From Treponemataceae bacterium (GTDB taxonomy: Bacteria; Spirochaetota; Spirochaetia; Treponematales; Rectinemataceae): a stretch of DNA of 64,000 nucleotides. The position numbers and the translations under genes are program-made. The stretch spans positions 64,001 to 128,000 of the forward strand of contig CAXXGJ010000025.1 of assembly GCA_963677895.2 (NCBI GenBank). Direction: 5' to 3'. Shown here one piece after another: positions 36,322 through 45,330 of this stretch; the stretch's first letter is position 1; each line of letters opens with the position of its first letter. The notes below the pieces were generated by a model. That model saw only the letters and a program-made list of their open reading frames with translations, did not search any database and had not been told where the DNA came from.

Positions 36322-37191
36322 ATGAAATATTCGGGCATACTTCTCCCGTTTTGCATGGCATTCCTCGTCGCGGGCTGCGCGAGCGCCCCTCCTCCAGCCA
36401 CGCTTCAAGCCCCCGCGCCCAAGGCCGACATCTGGCCGAAGATATACAGCGACGAATCCTACCTCTCGACCTTCGCTTCGACATGGTCCGAGGATGAAGC
36501 GGTTGGCGCGATAAAGAACCTGCAAAACTCCATGGTCGAATTCAACGCCAACCTTCCCCTGTCGGAATTGAGCGTCGACCCTTACGGCATGAGGGCCCGC
36601 TGGTCCTGGATCGAAAACGGCTCATTCCAGAAAAGCGCCGGAATCGTCATACCCTTCGACATGGTCTCATCCATGCTTCTCGAGCATTATCCGGCCCTCG
36701 AAAAAGACTATAAATGGGGACTCCTCGTCTATATAACGGGGGGAAGCCCCGTATCGCTGCGCATGCCCACGAGGGATCTGGCGGAACGTCTCGGCAAGGC
36801 GGTCATCGTGCTGGCCAAAGCCAGGGCGGCGAAGCTGTCCATGCCCAATCCTCGTTTCGGCGCGGCCCTCGGAGCCCTGAGCGAGGCCCAAGCGCAAGCC
36901 GCCGGCATTCTGCCTACGGGAGGCATCATCCTGTCCTGGATATTCAAGGAGAGCCCCGCCGAAAAAGCCGGTTTCTCGCCCCAGGACATCATCACGGGCA
37001 TTGGAGGAAAGCCGGTGCGAAAAACCGACGACCTTTTCTCCGCGCTGGACGCCGCCGCGGCCGCGGGAGCCACCGAGATAAAAATATCCGGCATTAGGCG
37101 CAGCTATAGAACGGAGGGGAAGACCAATGTCGAAATCTTCGTTCCCCTCGCCTTCACCCTGGCGATAGACCAGACGGGAGCGGCCAAATGA
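36322..37191 (+). CDS. PDZ-domain lipoprotein
   Basis: LVAGC lipobox; ESPAEKAGFSPQDIITGIGGKPV PDZ signature; GGAGG RBS. Confidence 0.8.
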   Translation: MKYSGILLPFCMAFLVAGCASAPPPATLQAPAPKADIWPKIYSDESYLSTFASTWSEDEAVGAIKNLQNSMVEFNANLPLSELSVDPYGMRARWSWIENGSFQKSAGIVIPFDMVSSMLLEHYPALEKDYKWGLLVYITGGSPVSLRMPTRDLAERLGKAVIVLAKARAAKLSMPNPRFGAALGALSEAQAQAAGILPTGGIILSWIFKESPAEKAGFSPQDIITGIGGKPVRKTDDLFSALDAAAAAGATEIKISGIRRSYRTEGKTNVEIFVPLAFTLAIDQTGAAK

Positions 37192-37853
37192 AAACCAGAC
37201 AATATCTTCTCTTCGTCGCCATGGGCTTCCTCGTACTTTTCAGGGCATTTTCCCAGGGGGCCGACCCCAAGATGGTAACGCCGGCCTGGATACTGGAAAA
37301 ACAATTCGAACAACAGCAGGAAGAAAAGAAAGTGGCCAGCCCGGCGGGGGCTTTCAACGTCTTCTTCATAGGCTATGACTATCCCTTGACCTCGGGGCCG
37401 CTGTCGCCCCATCTCGATACATGGAAGAGCCCGCTCAATTTCGCCTTCGGCATGGAAACGTCCATGTCAAACGAATCTTCGTTCCTGACCGGCGTCGAGG
37501 GGGAACTCTTCATGACCTTCAATGACCAGGGGTCTTTCTTTCTCATGAACGATATGGTCATGTTCGGGTACTCCATCAATCTGAAGCCGGTAAGGCTCAA
37601 CATGGGCGTCCGCGCCGGCTTCTCCATCCTGGATGTCATGGGCACGACGGAGACGTATACAGGACTTGGGCTGATCATCGGCCCCGAAGCCTCCATTTAC
37701 CTGACCTTCGCTCCAGATTCCTGGCTATGGCTCAGGGGCCGTTATGCCATGGCCGGCTACATGAGCATGGACTCATCCTCGAATCCGATTTCGCAGGGGG
37801 ACGATTCCCTCACCTTGATCAGTCTCGAGGCCGGATTGGCTTTCAAGCTTTAA
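37188..37853 (+). CDS. Exported hypothetical protein, probable small outer-membrane beta-barrel
   Basis: Signal peptide; alternating Gly/aromatic beta-strand pattern; C-terminal LEAGLAFKL; ATGA overlap. Confidence 0.6.
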   Translation: MKTRQYLLFVAMGFLVLFRAFSQGADPKMVTPAWILEKQFEQQQEEKKVASPAGAFNVFFIGYDYPLTSGPLSPHLDTWKSPLNFAFGMETSMSNESSFLTGVEGELFMTFNDQGSFFLMNDMVMFGYSINLKPVRLNMGVRAGFSILDVMGTTETYTGLGLIIGPEASIYLTFAPDSWLWLRGRYAMAGYMSMDSSSNPISQGDDSLTLISLEAGLAFKL

Positions 37854-37862
37854 AATCGTGGA

Positions 37863-38864
37863 TTAAAGCGAAAGAATCTCCCGCCAGACGCGTTCGTCCA
37901 CGGGGATGCCTTCTGCCGCGTTGCGCTCTCTTACAGCCCTCATCCGCTGCCCGGCATAGACGATGGGCCTGGACGAGCCGTCGGGTTTCGACGAGAGCAG
38001 ATCCTCCACGGCCTCCCGCACGATCTCTTCCACGCGCTCAGGCGGCGCGATGGCGGAAATATTGATCGCGACGAAGGTCTGCGAAATCGCGTACTCGCCG
38101 CCGAGCCTGCCGATGGCCGATGTCGTATTGCCGAGCGAAAGTCCTCCCGAGAAAATATCCAGGGCGAAGGAAAGCGCCGCTCCCTTCCAGTACCCGGCCG
38201 GCATCATCCTTTTTGTCTCCAACACAGCCTCGGGATCGCAGGTCAGATTGCCCGCGGCATCGAATCCGGCCGCATAGGGCATCTGTTCGCCTTTGAGCGC
38301 GGCGAGTTCCAGCGCGCCGTACGAATACTGCGACATCGCCATGTCGACGACGATATGATCTTCCTTCCATGGGAAAGCAATCACGAGCGGATTGTTGCCC
38401 AGCCGCGGATCGACGGCTCCCCATGTCGGCATATTGGGCAAGGTATTGGTAAAGCAGATACCCGCCATGCCCTGTTCGCAGGCCTGATAGCCATAGGTCG
38501 CGGCCCGGAGCCAGTGGTTCGTATTGCGCAGGGCCACACAGCCGATGCCATGCTCCTTCGCGAGGTCGATCGCCCGTCCCATGCAGGCCCAGGCGTTGAC
38601 GATCCCGAAGCCCAGCCCGCCGTCATAGTTCTCCAGCCCGCCAAAAGCGTTGATCAACACCGGTTCCGCCTTCATGTCCAGCGTCCCGTCGTCGATGCCT
38701 CTCACCAGCCGCGCGAAACGATTGATCCCGTGGGTGTAGGTGCCCTCGAGTGAATTGCGCGCCACTTCGAAGGCCACCTTCCGCGCATGTTCCGGTGGAC
38801 AGTCTCGTCCGAGCAGTATTTTTTCAAACGCGGTCCGAACTTCCCCGACCGGAATCTTCAGCAT
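37863..38864 (-). CDS. yiaK: 3-dehydro-L-gulonate 2-dehydrogenase (2,3-diketo-L-gulonate reductase), Ldh_2 family
   Basis: THGINRF, LRNTNHW, GNNPL, VDMAMSQYSYG and GYWKG motifs; GGGAGG RBS before ATG 38864. Confidence 0.88.
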   Translation of the reverse strand: MLKIPVGEVRTAFEKILLGRDCPPEHARKVAFEVARNSLEGTYTHGINRFARLVRGIDDGTLDMKAEPVLINAFGGLENYDGGLGFGIVNAWACMGRAIDLAKEHGIGCVALRNTNHWLRAATYGYQACEQGMAGICFTNTLPNMPTWGAVDPRLGNNPLVIAFPWKEDHIVVDMAMSQYSYGALELAALKGEQMPYAAGFDAAGNLTCDPEAVLETKRMMPAGYWKGAALSFALDIFSGGLSLGNTTSAIGRLGGEYAISQTFVAINISAIAPPERVEEIVREAVEDLLSSKPDGSSRPIVYAGQRMRAVRERNAAEGIPVDERVWREILSL

Positions 38865-38924
38865 CGCGGAGCCTCCCTTTTCGAATCGATCCATGCCACG
38901 ACGATACCATGCGCACAATCCAAT

Positions 38925-38949
38925 AAAAAAGGCTTCCTTTCGGAAGCCT
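38925..38949 (-). terminator. Intrinsic terminator of tRNA-Leu
   Basis: Minus strand reads aggcttcc-gaaa-ggaagcc-tttttt. Confidence 0.8.
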
Positions 38950-38955
38950 AAAAAT

Positions 38956-39035
38956 TGCCCGGAGGGGGACTTGAACCCCCATGCTTTCGCACTAGAACCT
39001 GAATCTAGCGTGTCTGCCAATTCCACCATCCGGGC
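38956..39035 (-). tRNA. tRNA-Leu (anticodon CAG), CCA not encoded
   Basis: gcccgga acceptor stem, D-loop ggaattggcagac, anticodon arm ctaga-ttCAGgt-tctag, variable arm tgc-gaaa-gca, T-arm ggggg-ttcaagt-ccccc, discriminator A. Confidence 0.95.
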
Positions 39036-39272
39036 GAACGGAGTCTGTTATGCGGAGTGTATTTTTACCGGTACAGGCACGCTCTGTCAAGCACTCGGAT
39101 GCGTTTCGCGTCAACAGAAGGCTATTTCAACGTTTGATACCATGGTTTCAAATTCGGCTTTTCTCAACTTGCTAGATTTGACATCCCGGGGTAGTATGAT
39201 CTCGATGCGTAAAGTGGAGCGGAATTGCCTGCGCTTATCCCTTCCGACAGGCAAAAAAACCATGGAGACACT

Positions 39273-40625
39273 ATGAAACTTTCAGCCTGGAATCGCGATA
39301 TGAGCGGTTTTGATTACCTGTCCCTGCTTGTCATCGACATTGACGGCAGGCTTCGCGCGGTGAGTCTTCCCGCGAATTATGCGAGCGAAAAAGTACTGAA
39401 AAAAGGCATCGGCTTCGACGCTTCCAACTTCGGTTACGCGAAGGTTCATTCTTCCGACATGGTGGCAGTGCCCGACCTGGATACGGCTTTCATCGAGGAG
39501 AAAGAAGGTTTCAGGATACTTCATGCCTTCTGTAGCGTAAAAACGACGGATGGACTGCCTTTTGCCCATTATCCGAGGGAGGTGGTGGCAGCCGCGCTGG
39601 AAAAGGTAAGGCAAAGCGGCATCGGCGAGGATGTCATGCTGCTCGTCGAGCTGGAATTCTATGTGTTCGACAGCGTGAAATACTCGACGACGGTCGATCA
39701 TTCCTATTATTTCGTCGAGAATTCCGAGGGTATCGGACAAGAATCCGAGGATGCGCCGAGGGTGGGGCTTTCGAGGGCGTATCATCTTTCTTCGCCTGAC
39801 GATCGCTATCAGCTTCTGCGTAATAGAGCGGTGCAATCGATGATCGACGCGGGAATTCCCGTTAAATATCACCACCATGAGGTGGGTTCCTCCCAGCTCG
39901 AGATCGAGCTGGATTTCATCTCGCTGCAAAAGGCGGGCGACCTGGTGACCCTCGCGCAGTGGATTCTCCGCAACGAGGCGGCCGAACTCGGGCTTTATGT
40001 CACCTTCATGCCTAAACCGATGTATAAGATCGCGGGCAGCGGCATGCATGTGCATCAGTTCATCGTAAAGGACGGCGCGTCGGTGTTCCCGGGCGAAGGG
40101 CTTTACGGGCTCTCGAAGACGGGGCTGGCTTACACCGCGGGCATTCTTTCCCACGCGCTTTCGGGCTCCCTTCTAGCCTTCTCGAATCCTTCGACGAACT
40201 CCTACCGTCGCCTGGTGCCAGGTTATGAGGCGCCGGTGAGCGCGACCTTCGCCCAGGGGTCGAGGGCCGCCGCGGTCCGCATTCCCGGGTATTTGGGCAA
40301 AGGCGAGGCGCGCATAGAGTTCAGGACCGGCGACGCCACGGCTAATGTTTACTATTTCATCGCGGCCATGGTCCTGGCAGGTCTGGACGGGATCCAGCGG
40401 GGGCTAGATCCTGTGGCGATGGGTTTCGCTTCCGACAAGGTGACGCCGAAAAACACCTTCCCGACGGGGCTATACCATGTCCTGTCGGGGCTCCGCAAGG
40501 ATAAAAAGTACCTGGAAGGCATCTTCCCCGAAGAGCTCATCGCGGTGTGGACCGAACGCAAGTCCAAGGACGCCGAATATGTCTACAACGCTCCCGTTCC
40601 GCAGGAATACGAGCTTTACTTCTGA
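39273..40625 (+). CDS. glnA: Glutamine synthetase type I family protein
   Basis: FDASNFG, ELEF, HHEVG, FMPKP, GSGMHVH, NSYRRLVPGYEAP and RIEFR motifs. Confidence 0.88.
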   Translation: MKLSAWNRDMSGFDYLSLLVIDIDGRLRAVSLPANYASEKVLKKGIGFDASNFGYAKVHSSDMVAVPDLDTAFIEEKEGFRILHAFCSVKTTDGLPFAHYPREVVAAALEKVRQSGIGEDVMLLVELEFYVFDSVKYSTTVDHSYYFVENSEGIGQESEDAPRVGLSRAYHLSSPDDRYQLLRNRAVQSMIDAGIPVKYHHHEVGSSQLEIELDFISLQKAGDLVTLAQWILRNEAAELGLYVTFMPKPMYKIAGSGMHVHQFIVKDGASVFPGEGLYGLSKTGLAYTAGILSHALSGSLLAFSNPSTNSYRRLVPGYEAPVSATFAQGSRAAAVRIPGYLGKGEARIEFRTGDATANVYYFIAAMVLAGLDGIQRGLDPVAMGFASDKVTPKNTFPTGLYHVLSGLRKDKKYLEGIFPEELIAVWTERKSKDAEYVYNAPVPQEYELYF

Positions 40626-40676
40626 TGGGAAAGCTTTTTCGGAAATGGCGTTTTACTGCCTAAGAGGAGAATAGCA

Positions 40677-42302
40677 ATGCCTGAGTTCGTTTTTTCGGGC
40701 GACGAAGCGATAGGACGCGGAGCCCTGGATGCCGGGGTTTCGGGTGCTTTTGCCTATCCGGGCACTCCATCCACCGAGATCATGGAGTTCATCCAGGACA
40801 ATCTGGATGCTTACCTGGCCCAGTTTTCGGAGGCCGAACGAAAATCGGTCGTCGCCCAGTGGTGCGCCAACGAGAAATCCGCCTACGAGGCCGCCCTGGG
40901 AGCTTCCTTCGCCGGCAAGCGGGCGATGGTTTCCATGAAACATGTAGGTCTCAATGTAGCCATGGATCCTTTCGTCAATTCGGCGCTCGTGCGCATACGA
41001 GGCGGGCTCGTGCTGGTGGTAGCCGACGATCCCGGCATGCATTCGAGCCAGGATGAACAGGATTCGAGGATTTTGGCCGATTTCGCGCGGGTTCCCTGTT
41101 TCGAGCCTTCGGACCAGCAGGAGGCCTACGAGATGACGCGCGCCGCCTTCGATTACTCCGAGGCGCACGAGGTGCCCGTGATGCTCCGCGTCACGACGAG
41201 GCTGGCCCATGCGCGGTCGCTGGTGCGGACGAAGGCGGCGCGTTTGCCCAACGCCCTCGCGAAACGCGCCGACTCCAAGTCGTGGATACTCATGCCCGAC
41301 AACGCGCAGAAAAACTGGAAGACGTTGCTGGAGAAGAATATTCTTTTCCGGCGGGACGCTGAGGGTGCCGCGACCTTGAAGTTGCGCGACAAAAGCCTGG
41401 GTATAATCACCTGCGGATTGGCCCTGCGCTATTATCTGGAAAACGAGGACGATTGGGCCGCCGCGCATGACGGCGCCCGCCCTTCGCACCTCCACATAGG
41501 GCGTTATCCGATCGAGGGCAATAAGATAAGGGAACTGGCCGCTCACGTGAATAAGATCCTCGTCGTCGAGGAAGGCCAAGTTTTCATGGAAAGGTTCATC
41601 GTCGGCGTATTTCCGGCACCCCTGCCTGTCATGGGAAAACTGTCGGGAGCGATCCCCGAGGACGGGGAATTGTCCGCGGATTCCGTACGCAAGGCTTTGG
41701 GGCTTGCCCCGAAAAGCGCCCTGCCCTCTCCGGGGATTCGAATACCGCAGCGGCCGCCCCAGTTTTGCCAGGGTTGTCCTCATGGGGATTCCTTTTCCGC
41801 GCTGAAGGAGGCGCTCAAGGACGAAGCCGACTTCCTGACCGCTTCCGACATCGGCTGCTATACGTTGGCGGCTCTTCCTCCCTACAATGCCGTGGACACC
41901 TGCGTCGATATGGGCGCGTCGATAGGCATGGCTCGCGGGGCTTCCTCCGTCGGCCAGAAAAAAGCGGTGGCTATCATTGGCGATTCCACCTTCTATCATT
42001 CGGGCATGACGAACCTTCTCGACGCCGTGGCGCATAAGACAACAATCACCGTGCTTATCCTCGACAACAGCACGACGGGCATGACGGGCGCCCAACCTAC
42101 CATTTCGCCGGGATTCAGACTGCGGGCTATTATTGAGGGTTTGGGCGTCGAAGCGGAACATGTCCGCGAGTTGGAGGCTCACCGCAGGGATCACGAGGCG
42201 AATGTCGCCGTCCTTCGCGAAGAGCTGGCTTATGAGGGCGTATCCGTGATCATCATGAAAAGGGAATGCCTTGAGTATCTCAAGAAAACGAGGCGGTCAT
42301 GA
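40677..42302 (+). CDS. iorA: Indolepyruvate:ferredoxin oxidoreductase alpha subunit (short form)
   Basis: YPGTPSTE, KHVGLNVA, DDPGMHSSQ, FCQGCPH, DIGCY and TPP motif GDSTF...DN; no C-terminal ferredoxin domain. Confidence 0.92.
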   Translation: MPEFVFSGDEAIGRGALDAGVSGAFAYPGTPSTEIMEFIQDNLDAYLAQFSEAERKSVVAQWCANEKSAYEAALGASFAGKRAMVSMKHVGLNVAMDPFVNSALVRIRGGLVLVVADDPGMHSSQDEQDSRILADFARVPCFEPSDQQEAYEMTRAAFDYSEAHEVPVMLRVTTRLAHARSLVRTKAARLPNALAKRADSKSWILMPDNAQKNWKTLLEKNILFRRDAEGAATLKLRDKSLGIITCGLALRYYLENEDDWAAAHDGARPSHLHIGRYPIEGNKIRELAAHVNKILVVEEGQVFMERFIVGVFPAPLPVMGKLSGAIPEDGELSADSVRKALGLAPKSALPSPGIRIPQRPPQFCQGCPHGDSFSALKEALKDEADFLTASDIGCYTLAALPPYNAVDTCVDMGASIGMARGASSVGQKKAVAIIGDSTFYHSGMTNLLDAVAHKTTITVLILDNSTTGMTGAQPTISPGFRLRAIIEGLGVEAEHVRELEAHRRDHEANVAVLREELAYEGVSVIIMKRECLEYLKKTRRS

Positions 42303-42877
42303 ACTATAATATCATCCTCGCGGGAGTCGGCGGACAGGGTAGCCTCTCCATTTCCGTGGTGATAGCGCGAGCGGCCATGGCCGCCGGTTTTCTCGTCAAG
42401 CAATCGGAAGTCCACGGCATGTCCCAGCGCGGCGGCCAAGTCCTCGCCCATCTGCGCATCGCCGATTCGGAGATTCACAGTCCGACGATTCCGATGGGTT
42501 CCGCGGATCTCGTTCTCGCGTTCGAACCGCTCGAAGCCCTGCGCTATGTTTCCTGGCTCTCCGCCGATAGCGGCTTTGTCGTTTCCGCAAGGACTCCAAT
42601 AAGAAACATTCCCAATTATCCGGAGATCGAAGCCATCATCGCTGAAATAGAAAAGCTGCCAAGACATCGCATCCTCGATGCCGAGGCGATAGCCAAGGCC
42701 GCTGGCAGCGCGAAATCAGCCAACGTCGTCCTCGTGGGAGCGGCCGCGGATTTGACGCCGATTCCCGCCGATCTCATCGAGAAGGAAATCTCGGCGCTTT
42801 TCGCTCGGAAGGGCGAGGCTATCGTTCAAGCCAATATGAGGGCATTCAAAGATGGTCAAGCACAATTTGTCCGCTAA
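42299..42877 (+). CDS. iorB: Indolepyruvate:ferredoxin oxidoreductase beta subunit
   Basis: GVGGQG, EVHGMSQRGG and FEPLEALR motifs; ATGA overlap. Confidence 0.92.
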   Translation: MNYNIILAGVGGQGSLSISVVIARAAMAAGFLVKQSEVHGMSQRGGQVLAHLRIADSEIHSPTIPMGSADLVLAFEPLEALRYVSWLSADSGFVVSARTPIRNIPNYPEIEAIIAEIEKLPRHRILDAEAIAKAAGSAKSANVVLVGAAADLTPIPADLIEKEISALFARKGEAIVQANMRAFKDGQAQFVR

Positions 42878-45308
42878 AAACACCATGAGTCCAGGCCAGG
42901 TCGAACTCGCGAAGCGATTTTCGGCCATTCTGGCCCCGGCTAAGGCCCAGGGCAGGGATTCGCTCACCGAAGTGGAAGGCCTGGCGATGCTGGAGGCTAT
43001 GGGCGTGTCGGCCCCGCGTCATCATTTCGTGGCATCGGCGGAGGATTACGAGGCGCTTGCGGGACGGACCGCCGCCGAGAACGGCGTCGTATCGGGCAAC
43101 GCGGCATCGGGCGACGGCAGCCATCTTTTTTCGGGTACTCGCGCCGTGGTAAAAGTGATCAGCCCGCAGATTCTGCACAAGACGGAAATGGGCGGCGTCG
43201 CCATCGTCGCCAACGAGACCAATGCCATACTCGCCGCCATTAGGCAGATGGAAGCCCGCTTCGTCATGTTCCATGTCGATGGATTTACCGTCAACGAATT
43301 CGTGCAGTTCGAACCGAGGCTAGGACACGAGATTATCTTCGGCTATCGTTTCGCGGCCGACTTCGGCCCTGTCGTCAGCTTTGGACCCGGCGGCATTTAT
43401 GCCGAGTTCCTGGCCGAAAAGTTCAAGCCTGGATCGGCCAACGTATGTTTCTCTCCGAGGACCGCGACGCGCGAACTAGTCAGAGAAATGCTGGCGCACA
43501 ACGTTGTCTACGGTCTCGTGAGCGCTGGTCTGCGCAACACCGAAGCATCCATTCCCGGAGAGGCGCTTATCGACGCGCTCATGAACTTCATCACCGCCTC
43601 CGAGGCTCTCGCGGCAAGCGGCGTTTCCGAGTTCGAAGTGAATCCCATGGTCATCCGCAAGGTCCCAAGCGCAAGCTCGACCGCCGGGGTTTCGGCGGCC
43701 ATGCCCACCTCGCCCACCTCGCCTACCTCACCTCCCTCGCTACTCGTCGCCCTCGACTGTCTCGTCAAGTTAAAGGATTTTTCGTCCATCGGCCTCTTCC
43801 CCGCTGCCGACGGCAGGCCACGCAACGCCGCCCAGGACACTCGTCCCGTCGAGAACATCGGCCGCATCCTCGAGCCGGAAAGCGCCGCGATAATCGGCGT
43901 CTCGGAAAAAGGAATGAACAACGGCCGCATAATCCTGCGGAATCTTCTCGAAAACGGTTTCGATCCAAAACGCATCTACATCGTAAAGCCCGGAGCCGAA
44001 AGCATAGACGGCTGCCGCTGCGTTCCCGATGTCGCCCATCTTCCCGAAAAGGTCGATTTATTCGTCCTCGTCATCCCGGCCGCAGGCACGCCCGAGACTC
44101 TCGCGCAGATCGCGTTGAGCGACAAAGCCTGGTCAGTCATCGTGATTCCCGGCGGTCTCGAGGAAAAGTCGGGATCGGACGCTATAGTGAAAGAAATGCG
44201 GAAGACCTTCGACGAGGCGCGGGCTCGCGGCGCCGGTCCTCTCATCAATGGCGGCAACTGTCTCGGCATAAGGTCGGTATCGGGCAGGTACAACACGCTT
44301 TTCATACCCGAACACAAGCTTCCGATGCCCAAGGGCGCGGTCGCCCCGCTCGCCGTCATCTCGCAGTCCGGCGCTTTCTCCATCACGAGGATTTCAAAGC
44401 ACCCCGACATCAATCCCAAGTACGTGATCACGCTCGGCAACCAGATGGACCTCACCATAGGCGACTATCTCGAATATATGCGCGACGACCCCGACATAAG
44501 AGTCTTCGCCGTCTACGTCGAGGGATTCAAGGCGCTCGACGGCCTCAAGACCCTGAATGCCGCGAAAGCCATCATCGAATCGGGCCGGACGGTGATCTTC
44601 TATAGGGCGGGAAGGACGAGCGCCGGGGCCGGCGCGGCCGCCAGCCACACGGCAAGCATCGCGGGTGATTATCCCGTTACGCGAGAGCTCTTTGCCCAGT
44701 CGGGCGCCATTGTCTGCGGAAGTCTAGACGAATTCGACGACGCGATCACCGTTTTTACCCTCCTCGAGGGCAGGAAAGCGAAGGGGAACAGGCTGGGAGC
44801 CGTGTCCAACGCCGGTTTCGAATGCGTGGCGATAGCGGACAATCTTGGCGGGATGAAGCTGGCGAAATTCTCGAACGCGACGAACGCGGTATTAGCGAAG
44901 GTCCTGGATGACGCGGGCATCACGGAAATCGTGGATGTGCATAATCCTCTCGATATAACGCCCATGGGAAGCGATGACGCTTACGATCGCTCTTTCAGGG
45001 CCGTGCTGGCCGATGAGAACACCGACCTCGGCATCGTCGGCATCGTGCCTTTTACCGTGCGCATGAATTCTCTCGCCGCCGAGCCTTCCGTCCACGACGA
45101 AGACGTGAGAATGGCCGATTCCATCGCCAATCGCTACGGCTCGCTGATGTCGGAGACTAAAAAACCCTTCGTAACGGTCGTCGACACGGGACCGCTCTAC
45201 GATCCGCTTTGCAGGCTGCTCGAGAAATATGGCGTCGTTGTCTTCAGGACGGCGGACAGGGCTCTTAAAATGCTTGAACTATGGAGAACTTCCCCCGCGG
45301 CGAGGTGA
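42852..45308 (+). CDS. ADP-forming acetate/acyl--CoA ligase, beta-alpha fusion (start may be 42885)
   Basis: N-terminal ATP-grasp (ILHKTEMGGV, EVNP), then CoA-binding/ligase domains (IIGVS, NCLG, ISQSG, ASHTASIAG phospho-His, HNPLD). Confidence 0.88.
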   Translation: MVKHNLSAKNTMSPGQVELAKRFSAILAPAKAQGRDSLTEVEGLAMLEAMGVSAPRHHFVASAEDYEALAGRTAAENGVVSGNAASGDGSHLFSGTRAVVKVISPQILHKTEMGGVAIVANETNAILAAIRQMEARFVMFHVDGFTVNEFVQFEPRLGHEIIFGYRFAADFGPVVSFGPGGIYAEFLAEKFKPGSANVCFSPRTATRELVREMLAHNVVYGLVSAGLRNTEASIPGEALIDALMNFITASEALAASGVSEFEVNPMVIRKVPSASSTAGVSAAMPTSPTSPTSPPSLLVALDCLVKLKDFSSIGLFPAADGRPRNAAQDTRPVENIGRILEPESAAIIGVSEKGMNNGRIILRNLLENGFDPKRIYIVKPGAESIDGCRCVPDVAHLPEKVDLFVLVIPAAGTPETLAQIALSDKAWSVIVIPGGLEEKSGSDAIVKEMRKTFDEARARGAGPLINGGNCLGIRSVSGRYNTLFIPEHKLPMPKGAVAPLAVISQSGAFSITRISKHPDINPKYVITLGNQMDLTIGDYLEYMRDDPDIRVFAVYVEGFKALDGLKTLNAAKAIIESGRTVIFYRAGRTSAGAGAAASHTASIAGDYPVTRELFAQSGAIVCGSLDEFDDAITVFTLLEGRKAKGNRLGAVSNAGFECVAIADNLGGMKLAKFSNATNAVLAKVLDDAGITEIVDVHNPLDITPMGSDDAYDRSFRAVLADENTDLGIVGIVPFTVRMNSLAAEPSVHDEDVRMADSIANRYGSLMSETKKPFVTVVDTGPLYDPLCRLLEKYGVVVFRTADRALKMLELWRTSPAAR
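43704..43739. repeat. 9-bp tandem repeat x4 encoding PTSPTSPTSPPS
   Basis: cccacctcg cccacctcg cctacctca cctccctcg inside the acyl-CoA ligase gene. Confidence 0.85.
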
Positions 45309-45330
45309 GCTCCAACCGCGGCGAGGTGAG
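45289..45330. repeat. 21-bp tandem duplication spanning the stop codon and the whole convergent intergenic gap
   Basis: cttcccccgcggcgaggtgag / ctccaaccgcggcgaggtgag (18 of 21 positions identical). Confidence 0.85.

Noticed and set aside
38865..39029. N-terminal extension of yiaK in the ORF track
   Set aside because: It reads through the tRNA-Leu gene and its terminator; a good RBS precedes ATG 38864.
38956..39035. tRNA-Leu as a genomic-island attachment site
   Set aside because: I saw no integrase and no duplicate of the tRNA 3' end in the window.
40653..42194. 513-aa minus-strand ORF
   Set aside because: Antisense shadow of iorA.
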